NCBI GenBank assembly: GCA_963851095.1
Contig: CAWKOX010000033.1
Coordinates: 179,312 to 243,311, forward strand
Length of the DNA: 64,000 nucleotides
Reading direction: 5' to 3'
From: an uncultured Gammaproteobacteria bacterium
Lineage (GTDB): Bacteria > Pseudomonadota > Gammaproteobacteria > Pseudomonadales > Oceanobacteraceae
Below the pieces are notes generated by a model. It saw only the letters and a list, made by a program, of their open reading frames with translations. It was not told where the DNA came from and did not search any database. Made by a program: the position numbers and the translations under genes. This document shows, piece after piece, positions 37,154-46,898 of the stretch (the stretch's first letter is position 1; every line of letters starts with the position of its first letter).

Positions 37154-38299
37154 ATGTTAGAACTGTTTTTCTCAGCATTTGGTGCAGGCACCTGTATTGT
37201 GCTGATGATGTTACTACTTAAAGATTTCTCTCATGCTAACGCGGCTCGTGCTTTTTTTGTATTAATCTTTGGCGCCTTTGTTTCTTTATGTCATAACTGG
37301 CTACCCAGCAGCTTGCATGTTTATGCCTACATGATTGAAAGTGTGACCCCTGCCTTTTTTTGGATCAGTTGTCGTTTAATCTTTCAGGAAGGGAAATCAC
37401 TTCCTCGAATTGGTTTAGCCATTGCTATCTTCAGTATCGTCGCCCCAGTGCTTAGACATCTAATTACACTATCGTTAGGAATGAGACCGCAATGGGTGGA
37501 GTTTATAGGCCGCGAAGTGCAGCAATATTGTGAGTATGCCTTAATTGTTATGGGGGTTATGGCTCTATTGAGGGGGCGAGAGGATGATATGGTTGAATCC
37601 AGAAGGCGTTTACGATGGGCAATCATGGGGGCGGCTGGTTTGTCATTAGGCTGGTCAATTTTTTCATTCAATCTCAACTTTGGTTCGGATGCTTCTAGAA
37701 TCTTCGCAATTGATTTATCTCTGTTAGTTATTATTTGGTTCTTGGTTAAGGGGCGTTCAGACATTTGGGGTGGGATTAAACTGCCTAAAAATACCTTTGG
37801 TAATGGCAGTCTTACTACTGATTTTACTACGGCTCTCACTATCGATAGAGAGCGAACTCAGGTTGCTGATGGTGTTGTTGGTGGTGTAGAAAATACCCTG
37901 ATAGAACAAGTGAATAACGAAGCTGACGATTCTCTTTCTTCTATTGAAGAAGTTCCAATGGTACTGCGCGAATCGGAAACTCTAATTCGAATTAAAGCGA
38001 TTATGCAGGAAGGCTTTTATCGCCGAGAAAATCTTACTTTAAAAGATCTTTCTAATGTCTTAGAGGTGCCTGAATACAAAGTTCGAGCCGCAATTAATAA
38101 AGAGCTAGGCTATCGAAACTTCAATGAATTTATCAATGAATATCGCATTAACGAGGCGGCAAAAAGGTTGAGGGATGAGCCTGAAACGCCTATTTCTAAT
38201 ATTGCTTTGGATGTAGGCTATCGCACACTTAGTTCATTCAATCGCGCATTTCGAAAAGAAAAAGATACTACTCCAACAGCTTTTCGAGAGGGTTACTGA
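37154..38299 (+). CDS. AraC-family transcriptional regulator with a polytopic membrane N-terminal domain
   Basis: 381 aa. About 6 hydrophobic helices in residues 1-200, then a C-terminal HTH_AraC domain (..LTLKDLSNVLEVPEYKVR..IN.ELGYRNFNEFIN.YRI.EA...L......I..IA.DVGY..LS.FNRAF.K....TP..FR). Confidence 0.75.
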   Translation: MLELFFSAFGAGTCIVLMMLLLKDFSHANAARAFFVLIFGAFVSLCHNWLPSSLHVYAYMIESVTPAFFWISCRLIFQEGKSLPRIGLAIAIFSIVAPVLRHLITLSLGMRPQWVEFIGREVQQYCEYALIVMGVMALLRGREDDMVESRRRLRWAIMGAAGLSLGWSIFSFNLNFGSDASRIFAIDLSLLVIIWFLVKGRSDIWGGIKLPKNTFGNGSLTTDFTTALTIDRERTQVADGVVGGVENTLIEQVNNEADDSLSSIEEVPMVLRESETLIRIKAIMQEGFYRRENLTLKDLSNVLEVPEYKVRAAINKELGYRNFNEFINEYRINEAAKRLRDEPETPISNIALDVGYRTLSSFNRAFRKEKDTTPTAFREGY

Positions 38300-38613
38300 C
38301 GCATTTTTACTAATCAAAACGTTCATTTCAATAAATGCTTGGTCGCTTTTAATAAAAAACACATTACTTGCTAGCGCTTGTGGTGCAAGGCTTTGAAAGA
38401 ATTGCACAACGAATGTAACGAACTCCTCAGCGAAAGAGTTTTACCCTCCTTATAGGTATCAGTTCTACTTGTGAGGCTTCAGTAAATTTGGTGTGGCGAT
38501 ATAACATTAATAAATGCCATAACAGTTTAAAGACGATGAAAATCCTCTGCTGAAGCCTAACGATAGAAATATAAAAATCCCGATTTTAAGGGATGTTACC
38601 TTTGAGGCTCAGA

Positions 38614-40242
38614 ATGATTAAATCCAAGAAATCCTTATCCAGTACTCCTTTAATTAAATTAGGTTTGGCATCGGCTATTGCGATTACTGCTTTCGGCATG
38701 ACAGGTTGTGGTGGTGATAGTGATAATAAAAGTAGCGGAACAGCTCAGGTCGCTGTTGATCCGTGCTTAAGTGTTGATTGCACCGCTTCTGGCTTTGTTT
38801 TACCTGCTAATGCCATTTATGTCTCGCCAGATGCTACAGATGGTACAGATTTGAAAGACGCGCTGATTACAGCGCTAACCGATATTCCTGATAATGCCGT
38901 TATTGTTTTGCCAAAAGGTTCTTTTATCGTTAGCTCTGCCATTACGGTTACTGATGCGACAGGCATAACGATTACAGGTCATGGTATGACCGATACAAAG
39001 TTAGACTTCAGCTCTGCGCCTGATGATGATGGCTTCAAGTTTGCGGGTGGTAACGATATTACCATTCGTGATTTGGGTGTTTATGAAGCGCCTAAAAACG
39101 GTATCAAAGCAGACGGTGTTAATGGTATTCATATTACCTATACCTCGGCAATTTGGGAGACAGATTTAGAGGAAGGTGGAGATAATAACGGTGCCTATGG
39201 TTTGTATCCTGTTTCTAGCCAAAATGTATTGATGGATTATAACTATTCAAAGGGTTCTGCTGATGCCGGAATCTATGTGGGTCAATCTAATAACATCGTT
39301 GTACGTCATAATATTGCAGAGCATAACGTTGCGGGTATTGAAATTGAGAACTCAAACAATGCGGATGTTTATAATAATGTTGCTTTTGATAACGCTGCAG
39401 GCATCTTAAGTTTTGACCTACCGGGTTTACCTCAAGCCTACGGTGGTGGGGTTCGTATATTTAATAATGCGACTTATGATAATAATACCCCTAATGTCGG
39501 TGCGGGTGCTGTGAGCCTTGCGCCATCCGGTACGGGTATTTTAATTTTTGCGACCAGTGATGTTGAAATTTATAACAATACCATTGTCGATAATGATACG
39601 GCAGGTATTGAAGTTGCGAGTTATTTTTTAGCTGATGATGATGTAGCAAATTACCCGACTAATCATGGCTCTACCATGGCAAATGGTTGGAGCCCTCTTA
39701 TCAAAAATATTAATATTCATGATAATACGTTCAAGGATAATAGCCTTGCAGTACCACCAAAGGCTGGTTTGCTTCAGCAAATTATTGCAGGTTATCAATC
39801 ACCTTATAATGCGACAGGAAGTGCACAAACAGCGCCAGCGATCATTTATGGTGGTATTGGCGAGCTGCTTTCAAATGCGGGTCAGCTAACAGGCTTTAAT
39901 CAACTCGTCGGTGAAAATGCTGCTGCAGATGGCGTTAATTATAATCCTTATACCGCTGTAGACCTTGTGTGCTCACACAGTAATATCAATGATAATAACA
40001 AAAACACACTAAATGCTAATGATCTTAATGTGGGATTGGTCTATGGCACTGTTGCGACCGATACGAATAACTGGAATGAAGATCAAAGCGCACCTGAAGC
40101 GACCTTGCGTATCGACAAAATGGAAAACAATACGCTATTAGATTGTACTCTGGAGCGACTTTCTCCTGCGGTTGTTACTATTAATAATAAAAAATATGGC
40201 TGTACTGCGGATGACTCTGCTTTAGCCGCTTGCGCACTTTAA
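38614..40242 (+). CDS. parallel beta-helix repeat lipoprotein
   Basis: The ATG at 38614 gives MIKSKKSL...AFGMTGC (lipobox). The central region has repeated ..N.....N.A..N..GI.. turns (NIAEHNVAGIEIENSNNADVYNNVAFDNAAGIL; IYNNTIVDNDTAGIEV), typical of right-handed beta-helix (NosD/pectate-lyase-like) folds. Confidence 0.7.
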   Translation: MIKSKKSLSSTPLIKLGLASAIAITAFGMTGCGGDSDNKSSGTAQVAVDPCLSVDCTASGFVLPANAIYVSPDATDGTDLKDALITALTDIPDNAVIVLPKGSFIVSSAITVTDATGITITGHGMTDTKLDFSSAPDDDGFKFAGGNDITIRDLGVYEAPKNGIKADGVNGIHITYTSAIWETDLEEGGDNNGAYGLYPVSSQNVLMDYNYSKGSADAGIYVGQSNNIVVRHNIAEHNVAGIEIENSNNADVYNNVAFDNAAGILSFDLPGLPQAYGGGVRIFNNATYDNNTPNVGAGAVSLAPSGTGILIFATSDVEIYNNTIVDNDTAGIEVASYFLADDDVANYPTNHGSTMANGWSPLIKNINIHDNTFKDNSLAVPPKAGLLQQIIAGYQSPYNATGSAQTAPAIIYGGIGELLSNAGQLTGFNQLVGENAAADGVNYNPYTAVDLVCSHSNINDNNKNTLNANDLNVGLVYGTVATDTNNWNEDQSAPEATLRIDKMENNTLLDCTLERLSPAVVTINNKKYGCTADDSALAACAL

Positions 40243-40352
40243 TTAATTAACGACCTTTATTTAAGGGAGCTCTGTGATTAGGCAGGGCTCCTTTAATGAC
40301 TGTTTTTTGGGTTGTAATATAATTTTATAAATAGGTGTTTCAAGGTTGCGTT

Positions 40353-41651
40353 ATGAATAAAAAAAATAAATTTCAAAGAAAAATACACTATTTTTCCATC
40401 CTTACAATCAGTGTTCTACTGGCTGCTTGTGGGGGCGGAAGTAGTTCAAAAGAAACTGTTGGTTCCGATTTGGATATTGATAGAGAGGTTTCTGATGCCT
40501 CGTGTGAATTTAGCGAAACAGGTGTCAATTGGGCAGCATTGTTAACAGAAAATTGCCCTAAACTATCAGATTATAATTTATTCTTAGATCAAACTGACCC
40601 TACTAGTGGGCCTAATGAACAAGGTATTCCGTACGATTTATCGACGCCGTTATTTACTGACTACGCGACAAAGTATCGTTTTGTTTTTGTGCCAGAAGGC
40701 AAGGTAGCAACGTATTCTGAACATGAAGTTATCGAATTTCCTGTAGGAACCGTTTTAGTAAAAACGTTTTCGATGCCTGAAAATACCGCTAACCGTGGTG
40801 TTAATGAAACCCATATAGAAACTCGATTATTGATCCACCGTGCAGATGGTTGGACAGCACTTCCTTACTATTGGGATTCGGCAACTGATGCTTCTTATAT
40901 CGTGACGGGCAAAGCAATTGATATAGCCATTACCCATGACGGTCAGCCTTTGACATTTGAATACGGTGTACCACAGAAAAATCAGTGCACTAACTGTCAT
41001 GCAGTGGTGCCTGTGTTGGATAAGAATGACCCGCAAGATAAGCGAAAGTCTATTTTTAAGCCGATAGGCCCAAAGGCTCGCTTTTTAAATTACGATTATG
41101 ATTATGGTAGTCAGGTTGAAAATCAATTAGCGCACTGGGAAAGTGAAGGAATACTGACTTCTGTGCCAACAGACAAAACCGCGATTAATTCTGCTCCAAT
41201 TTTTAAAGATACAACGGCGTTAGCAGAGTTAACCAATGAAGAGTTAACGGTCATGGCGCGCGGATATTTAGACATTAACTGTGCTCATTGTCATCGCCAA
41301 GAATTAACGATTCCCGAAGCTAAGTATGCTGGGGCAGCAGGGGATAGTGGCTTAACGGTTGAGTTTAATCGCGATTTTGATACAGAGCCTGGTCGATTTG
41401 GTGTGTGTAAAACAGCAGTCGCGGGTGGTTATCAGGCAGAAGAAAATGGTTATAACCAATACCCTAGAGATATTGTACCTCAACATGCTGATCGTTCTTA
41501 CCTACTGTATCGCATGAATACCAATGATGGTCGCCATAAAATGCCTGAACTAGGGCGAGGGAGTATTCATAAAGAAGGGGTCAAGCTTATCGAGGCTTGG
41601 ATAAACTCAATGGAGGAAAATGATTGTGGCTTGAATGATTTAGTTGATTAG
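40353..41651 (+). CDS. diheme c-type cytochrome lipoprotein (resembles the family NCBI labels SO_2930-type, from memory)
   Basis: The ATG at 40353 gives MNKKNKF...LLAAC (lipobox). There are two CXXCH heme-attachment motifs, CTNCH and CAHCH, and C-terminal ..LLYRM......MP.LGR. Confidence 0.7.
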   Translation: MNKKNKFQRKIHYFSILTISVLLAACGGGSSSKETVGSDLDIDREVSDASCEFSETGVNWAALLTENCPKLSDYNLFLDQTDPTSGPNEQGIPYDLSTPLFTDYATKYRFVFVPEGKVATYSEHEVIEFPVGTVLVKTFSMPENTANRGVNETHIETRLLIHRADGWTALPYYWDSATDASYIVTGKAIDIAITHDGQPLTFEYGVPQKNQCTNCHAVVPVLDKNDPQDKRKSIFKPIGPKARFLNYDYDYGSQVENQLAHWESEGILTSVPTDKTAINSAPIFKDTTALAELTNEELTVMARGYLDINCAHCHRQELTIPEAKYAGAAGDSGLTVEFNRDFDTEPGRFGVCKTAVAGGYQAEENGYNQYPRDIVPQHADRSYLLYRMNTNDGRHKMPELGRGSIHKEGVKLIEAWINSMEENDCGLNDLVD

Positions 41652-41677
41652 TGATTAGCTAAGTCCTTGTGCTATAG

Positions 41678-41729
41678 CTCTGTTAAATACATTGGTTCTG
41701 TTAAATACATTGGCTCTGTTAAAATTGAG
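41678..41729. repeat. 18-bp tandem direct repeat, about 2.8 copies
   Basis: ctctgttaaatacattgg (41678-41695), ttctgttaaatacattgg (41696-41713) and ctctgttaaaattgag (41714-41729, degenerate). It lies between the cytochrome stop codon and a terminator hairpin. Confidence 0.85.
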
Positions 41730-41792
41730 AGGCGTAATAAAAAAGGCGAGTTAGCATTACTGCTAACTCGTCTTTTTGCTAGATCACTGAAT

Positions 41793-42245
41793 TTAATCCT
41801 GGGGGGCAAAAACAATACGAGTAAAAGACGCATGGTCATGCCACGTCTTTTCTTGCTTATCCCACAAAGCCCACCAAAACCCTAAACCGCCTAAGCCAAT
41901 TGAAAAAAAACCAATGGCAATGCGTAACATGCATTGACCAAGGGAAAGCTGATGATGAGGTTTAAGTTCATTCGCAATTCTTAAGCCCCAAGCCTTCATC
42001 CCTAGTGTTTGTCTTTTTCGACGCCAGAACGTGGTGTAAAAAAAGAAAATGATGATGAAGAAGTAACTCGCGGCGACGGGAATAGGAAGCTCGCCAACCG
42101 GTTCACCGTTATTGAATAAATATGAGCTGGCAGGAATAAGGATGGCCGCCAGTAAAAAGCTAATGCCAGTAATATTAAATAGATCGTAAACCATGGCGGC
42201 TAATCGGCGCCAAAGCGGGGCAGAAGGTAAGTTAATATCAGACAT
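41793..42245 (-). CDS. RDD-family membrane protein
   Basis: 150 aa. N-terminal ..LWRRL.A..YD......, three TM segments and WRR...QTLGM.A.GLR. are the RDD-domain hallmarks. Confidence 0.7.
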   Translation of the reverse strand: MSDINLPSAPLWRRLAAMVYDLFNITGISFLLAAILIPASSYLFNNGEPVGELPIPVAASYFFIIIFFFYTTFWRRKRQTLGMKAWGLRIANELKPHHQLSLGQCMLRIAIGFFSIGLGGLGFWWALWDKQEKTWHDHASFTRIVFAPQD

Positions 42246-42381
42246 AAAGAATTAGCTTCGAAAAGGAGAAGGAATTTGACACATTCTAACAGTAAGGTGA
42301 AATACGGTCTAACGAAAGCGATTGAATATAATAGCCCAGCCTCAGTCTCTTAGTGGGTGGGCTATTCGGTAATGACGGTAT

Positions 42382-42936
42382 CTAAGCTTTTTTTTCCCAG
42401 GCTAGATTTTTAAACGGTGCGTCTAAGGGTGTTTCAGCAAGATGGTTAACATAGTTGCTAATGATTTTTTGAGATAAGCCGAGAACGATTTCTAGAATTT
42501 GCTGTTGCGCATAGCCTGCTGCGAAAAATGCATCCATTTCATTTTGTGTTAAATGACCGCGATTGCGTACCAATAAAAGGGTTACGACACGCAATGCTTC
42601 TAATTTTTCTGAAGGCAGTGGTGTTTCATTGCGTAGTGCTTCAGTAATTGCTGGATCAACCTGCATTGAATTGGCAATCATTGAATGAGCAGGCACGCAG
42701 TAATGACAAGAGTGCTCTACGTTTATTGTTTGCCAAACCACGGTCAATTCATCTTTATCAAAAGACGTGTTCATAAACAAAGCATGCAGCGTGGTATAGG
42801 CTTTATATAATTCAGGCGATTCAGCAAGTGTGGCGTGAAGATTAGGGATCATTCCCATTGCTTTAAGACCTTCTGCTAGTGGTGCCTTGCTTTTTTCAGG
42901 CGCTGATTCAATTGTGTGAATAGTAAAGTTGCTCAT
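42382..42936 (-). CDS. carboxymuconolactone decarboxylase / AhpD-like family protein
   Basis: 184 aa. The CxxC active-site motif sits in the AhpD-like context (EHSCHYCVPAH). Confidence 0.75.
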   Translation of the reverse strand: MSNFTIHTIESAPEKSKAPLAEGLKAMGMIPNLHATLAESPELYKAYTTLHALFMNTSFDKDELTVVWQTINVEHSCHYCVPAHSMIANSMQVDPAITEALRNETPLPSEKLEALRVVTLLLVRNRGHLTQNEMDAFFAAGYAQQQILEIVLGLSQKIISNYVNHLAETPLDAPFKNLAWEKKA

Positions 42937-43003
42937 GTCTTTCTCCGGATTTTCTGCTGATAATTAATAGGCATTTGAATTGATGTCGCATGCTATGTTA
43001 GTA

Positions 43004-43047
43004 ATTGTACTGATTAGTACAATTGCAATACTGTACCGACTAGTACA
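43004..43047. promoter_or_regulatory. two adjacent palindromic operator-like sites in the AhpD-like / TetR divergent region
   Basis: ATTGTACT-gatt-AGTACAAT (43004-43023, 8-bp perfect arms) and TGTAC-cgact-AGTACA (43032-43047) share a TGTAC..GTACA core. Confidence 0.45.
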
Positions 43048-43080
43048 TTATTGCAAGTATCTATTTGGAACAGTGTGTTT

Positions 43081-43677
43081 ATGGCTAAGAAAAAACAATT
43101 TGATGAGGCGATCGTATTAAGCCAAATATCTCAGTATTTTTGGGATCACGGCTACTTCGCTACCAAAATGGATGAGTTGTCGGCGTTAACAGGGTTGACC
43201 AAAAGCAGTCTTTATAATGCCTTTGGCAATAAAGAGTCGCTCTTTGCTAGGTCGGTTGATTTTTATATTGAGCAACAGCTTGCGCCTTTTAAAAACAGTA
43301 TTGCGGAAACGCTGTCATTGTCTGATGCGGTGAGTGGCATTCTTGAAATAAAATTTTTGAATGACAATAATCCGTTGGTAACGCAAGGTTGTTTAGTAAC
43401 CAATTCTATTTTAGAGCTGAAAAGCAATGAGCCTGATTTGCATGACCATGTGATTCAAGGTTATGAAGAAGTATATAGGGCTATGGAGTGCTTCTTTGCT
43501 GGGTTCGTTCAGCATAAAAAAGTAAGACAAGGTATTGATGCCCAGCAATTGACGGATCTGTACATTACCTTTCAGCAAGGTTTGAACGTGCAGTCTAGAA
43601 ATCAGCAGGCGAAAGAAAGTATAGGGCGGGCTATTGAGATGTTTTTAATGTTGATCAAAACATTGGAGGCTGTTTAA
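43081..43677 (+). CDS. TetR/AcrR-family transcriptional regulator
   Basis: The ATG at 43081 gives MAKKKQFDE... The N-terminal HTH is ..GY.ATKMDEL.A.TGLTKSSLYNAFGNKE.LF. Confidence 0.8.
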   Translation: MAKKKQFDEAIVLSQISQYFWDHGYFATKMDELSALTGLTKSSLYNAFGNKESLFARSVDFYIEQQLAPFKNSIAETLSLSDAVSGILEIKFLNDNNPLVTQGCLVTNSILELKSNEPDLHDHVIQGYEEVYRAMECFFAGFVQHKKVRQGIDAQQLTDLYITFQQGLNVQSRNQQAKESIGRAIEMFLMLIKTLEAV

Positions 43678-43685
43678 TCGCAAGC

Positions 43686-43725
43686 AAAAAAAAGCCCCGT
43701 ATATCGCTAGATATACAGGGCTTTT
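43686..43725. terminator. bidirectional terminator between the TetR gene and tRNA-Leu
   Basis: AAAAAAA-agccccgtatatc-gcta-gatatacagggct-TTT (13-bp stem, one mismatch). Confidence 0.6.
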
Positions 43726-43732
43726 AGAATAA

Positions 43733-43820
43733 TGGTACCAGTGGGCGGAGTCGAACCGCCACTCCCTTGCAGGAACCGGATTTTGAATCCGGCGTGTCTA
43801 CCAATTTCACCACACTGGCC
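43733..43820 (-). tRNA. tRNA-Leu (anticodon CAA), type II with long variable arm, CCA encoded
   Basis: The reverse complement reads GCCAGTG TG GTG AAATTGGTAGA CAC G CCGGA TTCAAAA TCCGG TTCCTGCAAGGGAGT GGCGG TTCGACT CCGCC CACTGGT A CCA. The cloverleaf was folded by eye. The anticodon loop is TT-CAA-AA, the T-loop is TTCGACT, and the first acceptor pair is G1-U72. Confidence 0.85.
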
Positions 43821-43843
43821 TGAATCTCGTTCAGAGGCCGCGT

Positions 43844-43871
43844 ATAATACTGTTTTTTGAAGGAGTGTCAA
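43844..43871 (-). promoter_or_regulatory. candidate sigma-70 promoter of tRNA-Leu with a GC-rich discriminator
   Basis: The minus strand reads TTGACA (43871-43866) - 16 nt - TATTAT (43849-43844), followed by cgcggcc. The mature tRNA 5' end lies about 24 nt downstream. Confidence 0.45.
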
Positions 43872-44102
43872 CCATTTCATTTGAAATGCGTTTGTTTTGA
43901 GTATCTTGCAGGGTCATTATCTTGATGGGCCATTAACTTTTTGGATTTTAGTGTCATAGAGTGTCAATTCTGGTTGTCAATCACCGTTCGAACTCAATAG
44001 GCGCTTAACTTGTATACCTTGCTCAGGTAAAATGCGGCACTTATTTTCGATTGACCGTCTACTGGCTTGTTATTAGTCCGTAGCTTATTTCAGTGACTCT
44101 TC

Positions 44103-45134
44103 ATGAAAACCAGCGATTTTAGCTTTGACCTACCCGATGAATTGATTGCCCGCTTCCCGATGGAAGAGCGCAGTGCTTCGCGCTTATTGTGTGTCGATGG
44201 CGAAACGGGGGCTATTGAGCATAATGGTTTTCGTGATTTAGAAGGCTTATTAAACCCTGGGGATTTATTGGTTTTTAATAATACCAAAGTCATTCCGGCG
44301 CGCTTATACGGCCAAAAAGAAAGTGGCGGTAAGTTGGAAGCTTTGGTCGAAAGAGTCCTTGATGAGCACCATGTGATTGCGCATGTTAAGTCATCCCGAT
44401 CACCTAAAGCAGGTCAGCGCATTATGTTAGGCGGCGCGGATGTTGAAGTGATTGGGCGCAAGGGCGCGTTATTTGAACTGAAATTTTTAGATCCACGTCC
44501 GGTATTTGAAATATTAGAAGCCGAAGGCCATATGCCTTTACCTCATTATATGGATCGTGCGGATGTGGAAAATGATAAAGAGCGTTATCAAACTGTTTAT
44601 GCTCAACACGATGGCGCGGTTGCCGCCCCGACTGCGGGTTTGCATTTTGATGATCCGCTTTTAGAGCGCTTAAAAGCCAAAGGTATTGATTTTGGTTATG
44701 TGACTTTGCATGTCGGTGCGGGCACATTCCAACCAGTGCAAGTTGATGATGTGAATGATCATACGATGCATTCAGAATATGTCGATGTTGATCAACACTT
44801 GTGTGACCAAGTTAATGCAGCGCGTGCTCGTGGTAATCGAGTGATTGCCGTGGGGACTACCTCAGTTCGTAGCTTAGAAAGTGCGAGTCAGAGTGGCACT
44901 ATTCAGCCGTTTAATGATGATACGCAAATCTTTATTTATCCAGGTTATGAGTTTAGGTCTGTGGATGCGTTGATTACAAACTTCCACTTACCTGAATCGA
45001 CCTTGATTATGTTGGTCTCAGCATTTGCTGGAAAAGAACATACTTTAAACGCCTATGATTGTGCGATTAAAGAGAAATACCGTTTTTACAGTTACGGCGA
45101 CAGTATGTTTATACCGCGCCCAAAGAAAGCATAG
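44103..45134 (+). CDS. queA: S-adenosylmethionine:tRNA ribosyltransferase-isomerase
   Basis: 343 aa. M...DF.F.LP.ELIA..P...[28 protein letters not shown] and VGTTS.R.LES are QueA signatures. Confidence 0.92.
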   Translation: MKTSDFSFDLPDELIARFPMEERSASRLLCVDGETGAIEHNGFRDLEGLLNPGDLLVFNNTKVIPARLYGQKESGGKLEALVERVLDEHHVIAHVKSSRSPKAGQRIMLGGADVEVIGRKGALFELKFLDPRPVFEILEAEGHMPLPHYMDRADVENDKERYQTVYAQHDGAVAAPTAGLHFDDPLLERLKAKGIDFGYVTLHVGAGTFQPVQVDDVNDHTMHSEYVDVDQHLCDQVNAARARGNRVIAVGTTSVRSLESASQSGTIQPFNDDTQIFIYPGYEFRSVDALITNFHLPESTLIMLVSAFAGKEHTLNAYDCAIKEKYRFYSYGDSMFIPRPKKA

Positions 45135-45138
45135 TTAA

Positions 45139-46302
<1,164 letters not shown>

Positions 46303-46375
46303 AGGCGTTAAGGGTGTTGTTGCTTCGATTGACAACACTTGACAGAAAAATTTGATATATTACGGCAACTGACTA

Positions 46376-46753
46376 ATGGAAATGAACATGAATTTAAAAT
46401 CTTTGATGGCTGCGGCCGCATTATTAGCACCTGTATCAGCGTTTGCTGAAGCGCCTGCGCCAGCACCAATGGGTGTTACTGGCCAGCTTGTATTTTTAGG
46501 TGGCTTCTTATTAATCTTTTACTTTCTACTATGGCGTCCACAGAGCAAGCGTCAAAAAGAACATAAAGCACTACTTACTGATTTGTCGAAAGGCGATGAG
46601 GTAGCAACTGCTGGTGGTCTTGTCGGTAAAGTGATTAAAGTAAACGATGACTTCTTGATGATTGAAGTTGCTGACAACGTTCAATTGCCGGTGCAAAAAT
46701 CAGCGATTACTGCAGCATTGCCAAAAGGCACGATTAAAGGCATTAAGGCTTAA
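46376..46753 (+). CDS. yajC: preprotein translocase subunit YajC
   Basis: TM segment followed by RPQ.KRQKEHK.L...L.KGDEV.T.GG..GKV, the YajC signature. The exact start is uncertain (several ATGs between 46376 and 46388). Confidence 0.85.
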   Translation: MEMNMNLKSLMAAAALLAPVSAFAEAPAPAPMGVTGQLVFLGGFLLIFYFLLWRPQSKRQKEHKALLTDLSKGDEVATAGGLVGKVIKVNDDFLMIEVADNVQLPVQKSAITAALPKGTIKGIKA

Positions 46754-46770
46754 ATCGCAGTAACCAAAAA

Positions 46771-46794
46771 GGGCAGCTTCGGCTGCCTTTCTTG
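46771..46794 (+). terminator. stem-loop (terminator/attenuator) between yajC and secD
   Basis: gggcagc-ttcg-gctgccc followed by tttctt. Confidence 0.5.
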
Positions 46795-46898
46795 TGTGTT
46801 AAGGGTGAGAAAATTGATCGCCGTTTTACCGCATGATGATTATAAAAAACTAATAATTAACAAAAAATCAACGATACATTAACAATAGGGCAGGATTG

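Noticed and set aside
37384-37839. 151-aa minus-strand ORF inside the AraC-family gene
   Set aside because: Antisense to the TM-rich N-terminal domain of a well-supported gene. No independent signals.
41678-41729. Possible CRISPR array
   Set aside because: Repeats are only 18 bp, directly abutting with no spacers, fewer than 3 copies, and there are no cas genes in the window.
41667-41885. 72-aa plus-strand ORF (contains the repeated VKYIGS)
   Set aside because: Its repeated peptide is just the translation of the 18-bp tandem DNA repeat. The ORF then runs through a terminator hairpin and into the antisense of the RDD gene.
43821-44102. preQ1 riboswitch upstream of queA, or an integration scar next to tRNA-Leu
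   Set aside because: No preQ1-I-like hairpin plus A-rich tail was found by eye. There is no integrase, no direct repeat of the tRNA 3' end and no compositional shift. The region instead holds a plausible tRNA promoter.
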